DNA from: Promethearchaeota archaeon
GTDB lineage: Archaea; Asgardarchaeota; Lokiarchaeia; Sigyniarchaeales; SOKP01
DNA: 56,179 nucleotides
Assembly: GCA_048938025.1 (NCBI GenBank)
Contig: JBHLMP010000023.1
Coordinates: forward strand, 1-56,179
Direction of reading: 5' to 3'
The stretch's first letter is position 1. The number at the start of each line of letters is the position of its first letter. Below the pieces are notes generated by a model that saw nothing but the letters and a program-made list of their open reading frames with translations, had not been told where the DNA came from and searched no databases. Below are positions 51,991-56,179 of this stretch, piece by piece. The translations under genes were made by a program, and so were the position numbers.

Positions 51991-52049
51991 GGAGATATAT
52001 TCAAAGAAAAAAAATAAAATTTTTTTTCCAATTTACTTCAATATTCATT
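51991..52049 (+). repeat. Diverged direct repeat of 49408-49468 (last codons, stop and T-tract of the TM-longin gene)
   Basis: GGAGATATATTCAAAGAAAAAAAATAAAAT...CAATTTACTTCAATATTCATT vs GAAGATATATTTAAAGAAGAAGAATAAAAT...TAATTTAATTCAATATTTATT; about 52/59 by manual alignment with a 2-nt gap. Confidence 0.7.
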
Positions 52050-52203
52050 TGGGAATTGTAGAAACAGCTTTTACTTACATTACCTATTCAACAAAAATAT
52101 TAAATCTTAAATATGTAATTATAATTTTCTTACTTACAAATTTATATTCTTTAGGCGAAAATAAAATGAATTTATATCAATTATAGATTAATAAATATTA
52201 GAG

Positions 52204-52695
52204 GTGTTGAATATAGGAAAAAAACTACGTAAAATAGCAGAAAAAAATAATCTTCTTAATTTTCCTAAAACTGTGCTATATACTGGCGCTAATAAAGTTC
52301 ACCATTCAATGGATCTTGTGATGGATACTTATATTCCTGATACTGCAGATGAAATATGGAAATATCTTGTGTCAGTAGATCGCTCCACAAAAATGGGTAA
52401 ATCAAAACCATCTCGAAATAAACAGTTATATTATTTAGCACCCGAAATATGGGTATTTGTAGAAATAGATGCTAGAGTAGCAGGACTTAATGCTATGAAA
52501 GCAAGTAATCACGTCCTTAAAATTAATATCTATAGTGATAATAAGGAATATACTAAAGGAATTGCGCATGCTATCAATGATAATTTTGTGGGCGGAGTTT
52601 TAAACCAAATCAACTGGGAAAAAATTGATAAAATTTTTCACATTGATAAGGAAAAGGAAATTTCCGCTTGGAAAACTGTTTTAGAAATGCCTTAA
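52204..52695 (+). CDS. Hypothetical protein
   Basis: 163-aa ORF; start uncertain. Confidence 0.7.
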   Translation: MLNIGKKLRKIAEKNNLLNFPKTVLYTGANKVHHSMDLVMDTYIPDTADEIWKYLVSVDRSTKMGKSKPSRNKQLYYLAPEIWVFVEIDARVAGLNAMKASNHVLKINIYSDNKEYTKGIAHAINDNFVGGVLNQINWEKIDKIFHIDKEKEISAWKTVLEMP

Positions 52696-53026
52696 CATTT
52701 AAATTTATTTTTAAGAAATAAGATATTAAAACACACTTAATTATAAAAGGTTTGAATCTGTAATAAGCAGATAATAACCAAGCAGATAATAGAACAAATA
52801 ACAAGCAATTATATATTAAAAATTAAGGATAATCTTGAATTTAAAAGAAAGAAAAGTATGAAATGAAGATAGTAATATTATCTTTAAGAATAAATGTAAT
52901 ATGCAATATTGAATTATAAAAAATTATAAATCAAAATAATTTAATACTTCTTGTATTAAAATTATAAACGTGTAATTATAATTAAAGAATTAAACCAAAA
53001 AAAACAATTTAAAAAATTGATGAGAA

Positions 53027-54580
53027 ATGGTTAGGACAAAAGAACAGTACATGAAAGATTTAGGTAAAATGAAATCCAATCTTTATTATGATGGCGAACA
53101 AATTGATCGATTAGATGACCGCCAAATGGATTGTCTAAATACGATTGGAACTACATTTGAAGCCTTCGACGATCCTGAATACAAAGAATTAGTACAAGTA
53201 AAATCTCATCTTACGGGTGAAATTATTAATAGATTTACGCATATTCATCATAGTACTGAAGACCTTCATAAAAAGCAAGATATGACTCGCAAATTATGCC
53301 AAAAAGTTGGTGGATGCATTCAGCGATGCATGGGTTGCGATGCAGCGAATGCGATATACAATGTTTCATATGAGGCTGATAAACTAAATAATGGAGAATC
53401 TCATTACCACGAAAATTTTAAAAAATGGCTACTAAGATTTCAACAGGAAGACTTAGTCGCAGCTGGTGCTCAAACTGATGTAAAAGGTGATCGAATTAAA
53501 CGCCCTGCTGATCAAGCAGACCCTGACATGTATGTTCATGTTGTAGAAAAGAAGAAAGATGGAATTATAGTTAGTGGCTGTAAATTGCATATCTCAGAAG
53601 CTTCCGTTTCTGATGAACTACTAGTTATCCCAACAAGAGCTTTAAGACCAGAAGATAAAGATTATGCGGTTGCGTTCGCTGTACCTGGAGATTATAAGGA
53701 TGTTACTCAAGTGGTTACCATTCATAATTATCGTAATAGGGAACATTTTCCACGTGGGTTTCAACCAGGAGCCACGGATTCTTATATAATTTTTGACGAT
53801 GTATTCGTTCCCTGGGAAAGAGTCTTTTTATGCGGTGAATACCAGCATGGGGGTGCCCTTGCCTTACTATTTGGTCTCTTTCACCGGCATAGTTACTCGG
53901 GATGCAAACCCGCAATTGGAGATATAATGACGGGAACAGCAGCTTTGGCTGCTGAATACAACAACATAGCTAAGGCAACACATGTTAGACATAAGTTAGC
54001 AGAATTAATCTTAGTTACAGAACTTGGTTATGCTGCGGGATACACTGCTTCTGATTTAGGAAAATCAGAAATATACATGCCTGGAGTAGGATTAATTCCT
54101 TATGGGCCAGGAAGCTACATTCCAAACTCAATTTACTGCAATGTTGGGAGATGCTTAACTGGAGAAAATGTATTCCGTGAAGCTGAGATAATTACAGATA
54201 TTTCAGGTGGTATTCCAGCAACTTTCCCACATGAAAAGGATTTTGTTAATCCTAAATTGAAAGACAAACTCTATAAATATATTACTAGAAACCCAAAGAT
54301 ATCGCCTGAAAATGCCGCACAATTCTGGCGGTATGTTGGTGATATGATTTGCTCTGCAACAGGAGGAATCCATCTCTTTGGAAGTTACCACGGAGGAGGA
54401 AGCCCAGTTATGGAAGAAATAGCTATTACAACCCAATATGACATTGAAGCCCGAAAAACGATGGTTAAAAAAATAGCTGGAATTGATGATGAGTTAAATA
54501 AGAGCAGATTGAAATTCAATGAGAAAAATACCACAAAATTGATGGTACATGATTTAGATAAAACGGTTTCTGAAAAGTAA
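53027..54580 (+). CDS. 4-hydroxybutyryl-CoA dehydratase (AbfD)/HpaB family protein
   Basis: CIQRC, QTDVKGDR, HRHSYSGCK (Fe-S ligands), HGGGSP. Confidence 0.88.
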   Translation: MVRTKEQYMKDLGKMKSNLYYDGEQIDRLDDRQMDCLNTIGTTFEAFDDPEYKELVQVKSHLTGEIINRFTHIHHSTEDLHKKQDMTRKLCQKVGGCIQRCMGCDAANAIYNVSYEADKLNNGESHYHENFKKWLLRFQQEDLVAAGAQTDVKGDRIKRPADQADPDMYVHVVEKKKDGIIVSGCKLHISEASVSDELLVIPTRALRPEDKDYAVAFAVPGDYKDVTQVVTIHNYRNREHFPRGFQPGATDSYIIFDDVFVPWERVFLCGEYQHGGALALLFGLFHRHSYSGCKPAIGDIMTGTAALAAEYNNIAKATHVRHKLAELILVTELGYAAGYTASDLGKSEIYMPGVGLIPYGPGSYIPNSIYCNVGRCLTGENVFREAEIITDISGGIPATFPHEKDFVNPKLKDKLYKYITRNPKISPENAAQFWRYVGDMICSATGGIHLFGSYHGGGSPVMEEIAITTQYDIEARKTMVKKIAGIDDELNKSRLKFNEKNTTKLMVHDLDKTVSEK

Positions 54581-54806
54581 TGTAAAATTAATATAAAATT
54601 ACTCATTTTCTTTTTTAAAATTAGAGTTAAAATCTTAAATAGATTGAGTATAGAGAGCAACTTAAATGAGCTATTAATGGGATAGATATCATTGGATGTG
54701 AACTAACCCAAAATATCGCTAAAAAACTACAAGAAAAATAGAAAGAAAAAATAAATTGAAAAAAATAATTAAAAAAAAAATTTAAATATTTAAAATTTTA
54801 AATCAC

Positions 54807-55520
54807 TTAAATTCCCAAATATACTTTTCTTATTCGAGGTTCTTTTTCTAATTCTTCTTTTGTTCCTCTCATTTCAATTTTTCCGTCTTCAAGTACATGA
54901 ATCATATCTGCAATATTCAATGCAAAAAATATGTCCTGTGTAACCAATAAGGTGGTTGTTCCTTCTTGTCTTATTTTTTTAATGGCACTAAATATCTTTT
55001 TTTTTACAATTGGAGCTAAACTTACTATAGGATCATCCAACAAGAGTAGTTTTGGATTTGACATTAATGTACGACCCATCGCAATCATTTGTTGTTCACC
55101 CCCGCTTAACGTTCCTGCTCGCTGTTTTTTTCTTTCTTTAAGTCGTGGGAATATCTCATAAACAAATTTTAATCGATCTTTATAGATATCCTTACTTTTT
55201 ATCATTTTCCCTCCTACTTTAAGATTATCTAAGACATTCATATCATAGAATAATCTGCAACGTTCTGGACAAAGTGAAATTCCTTTTTTAGTGATTTCAT
55301 GAGCTTTTAAACCATCTATTCTTTCACCTAGGAATTCTATTTTTCCTCTGTTAGGTTCTTCTAAACCAATTATTAATTTAAGGAGTGTTGATTTTCCAGC
55401 ACCGTTTGGACCAATAACAGCATTTAGAGATTTCTCTTCGATTTTTAAATTTAATTCTTCAAGTACTTTTGCACTCCCATAATTGTGATATATTTTTTTT
55501 AATTCAAGCAAATTCTTCAT
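54807..55520 (-). CDS. LivF-like ABC ATPase (orphan)
   Basis: GPNGAGKS, FPRLKER, AGTLSGGEQQM, VYLG; Walker B reads LLLLDDP. Confidence 0.88.
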   Translation of the reverse strand: MKNLLELKKIYHNYGSAKVLEELNLKIEEKSLNAVIGPNGAGKSTLLKLIIGLEEPNRGKIEFLGERIDGLKAHEITKKGISLCPERCRLFYDMNVLDNLKVGGKMIKSKDIYKDRLKFVYEIFPRLKERKKQRAGTLSGGEQQMIAMGRTLMSNPKLLLLDDPIVSLAPIVKKKIFSAIKKIRQEGTTTLLVTQDIFFALNIADMIHVLEDGKIEMRGTKEELEKEPRIRKVYLGI

Positions 55521-55999
55521 TTCAACCTTCTTTAGTAATCCTAGTATTATTCTTTTTTCTCTAGAAACCCTATAAAACCAGAAAAAAAACCATTCTTTTC
55601 TTTTTCATATAAAGATATACCTATTAAATAATAAAAGCTTTTTAAACCCTCCTAAATAACATTATATTTATAATCTTCATTTTACAGCTACTTATTTCCA
55701 TTTTCCTTTAAAGATAAGGTAAGACTTTTCAATATCCATTTCATTTAAATACTCGAACTTTCATGTCTAGGATAGAGAGACAAATTTTTGTAGAGTGGAT
55801 CAAGGATGTGTAAAGAATGTAATGATACCGGAAAAACTAGAGTCTATAGGCATGACTTAGAGGAATTTGAAGAAATTCCCTGTGACATATGTCATCATGT
55901 CTATCCAGAGAGTATCCCAAATTCCTGAGTATAATACTGTTTTTGAAGCTTTTGTAAATCTTATCTAAAGTTAGACTGTCATAATAATTTAAGCAGAAC

Positions 56000-56179
56000 T
56001 TACATTTTTCTACCAAGTCCAACTATCGTGCGACATTGAGAGCATATACTTATATCTAAACGGACTTCTGTTATTTTACCGGGAACTGTATAAAGTGGAG
56101 TCCTTATTCGCATTGTGAGAATCTCATCAGTCATTAGCATACCCTTTCCATCTCTATCAATCCTAATTTCAGTTTTGCA
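56000..56179 (-). CDS. 3' part of a small putative zinc-ribbon protein, 5'-truncated by the window edge
   Basis: Open frame CKTEIRIDRDG...ISICSQCRTIVGLGRKM* from the window end. Confidence 0.55.
   Translation of the reverse strand, partial: CKTEIRIDRDGKGMLMTDEILTMRIRTPLYTVPGKITEVRLDISICSQCRTIVGLGRKM

Noticed and set aside
932-54660. Short antisense or overlapping ORFs in the track (for example 932-1168, 3116-3415, 9282-9635, 23658-23969, 38803-39129, 41508-41726, 54385-54660)
   Set aside because: Shadow frames of well-supported genes with no motifs of their own.
55883-55894. TGACATATGTCA, identical to the core of the 615-632 palindrome
   Set aside because: Flanks do not match and it is not in an evident promoter; a single 12-mer match is weak.
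55700-56022. ORF 55837-56022 and plus-strand CxxC fragments
   Set aside because: Overlaps a better frame and has stops in all frames; probably gene debris that I cannot assign.
56050-56060. TTATATCTAAA as an archaeal dif half-site
   Set aside because: No matching left arm, and it lies inside a probable CDS.

Overview
AT-rich archaeal chromosome segment, very likely Asgard (Lokiarchaeia). It carries a Loki-type profilin, four Rab-like small GTPases, two V4R/Bet3-like proteins, several longin-like domains, TBP, CDC48, PSTK, a tetraether lipid synthase (Tes) homologue, an argS-agmatinase-deoxyhypusine synthase cluster and a reductive dehalogenase-like gene. Most striking: a Rab-like GTPase gene (21618-22186, minus) is interrupted by a 29-nt insertion (22112-22140). 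The insertion folds into a canonical bulge-helix-bulge motif, and cutting at the canonical tRNA-endonuclease positions restores the frame and the P-loop exactly. This makes it a candidate EndA/RtcB-spliced mRNA intron in the first gene of a GTPase-thioredoxin-V4R-GTPase cluster. Second: three conserved genes (tes, profilin, a TM-longin gene) each have a diverged second copy of their 3' region downstream, next to or bracketing accessory DNA, which suggests repeated integration into gene 3' ends. The cargo includes a 1276-aa TPR-nitrilase fusion. Also present are a 35-aa tandem-repeat protein, a 121-nt structured intergenic element upstream of tes, and several pseudogene fragments. No rRNA, tRNA, CRISPR array or intact transposase/integrase was recognised. 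All calls are by eye, without database searches.
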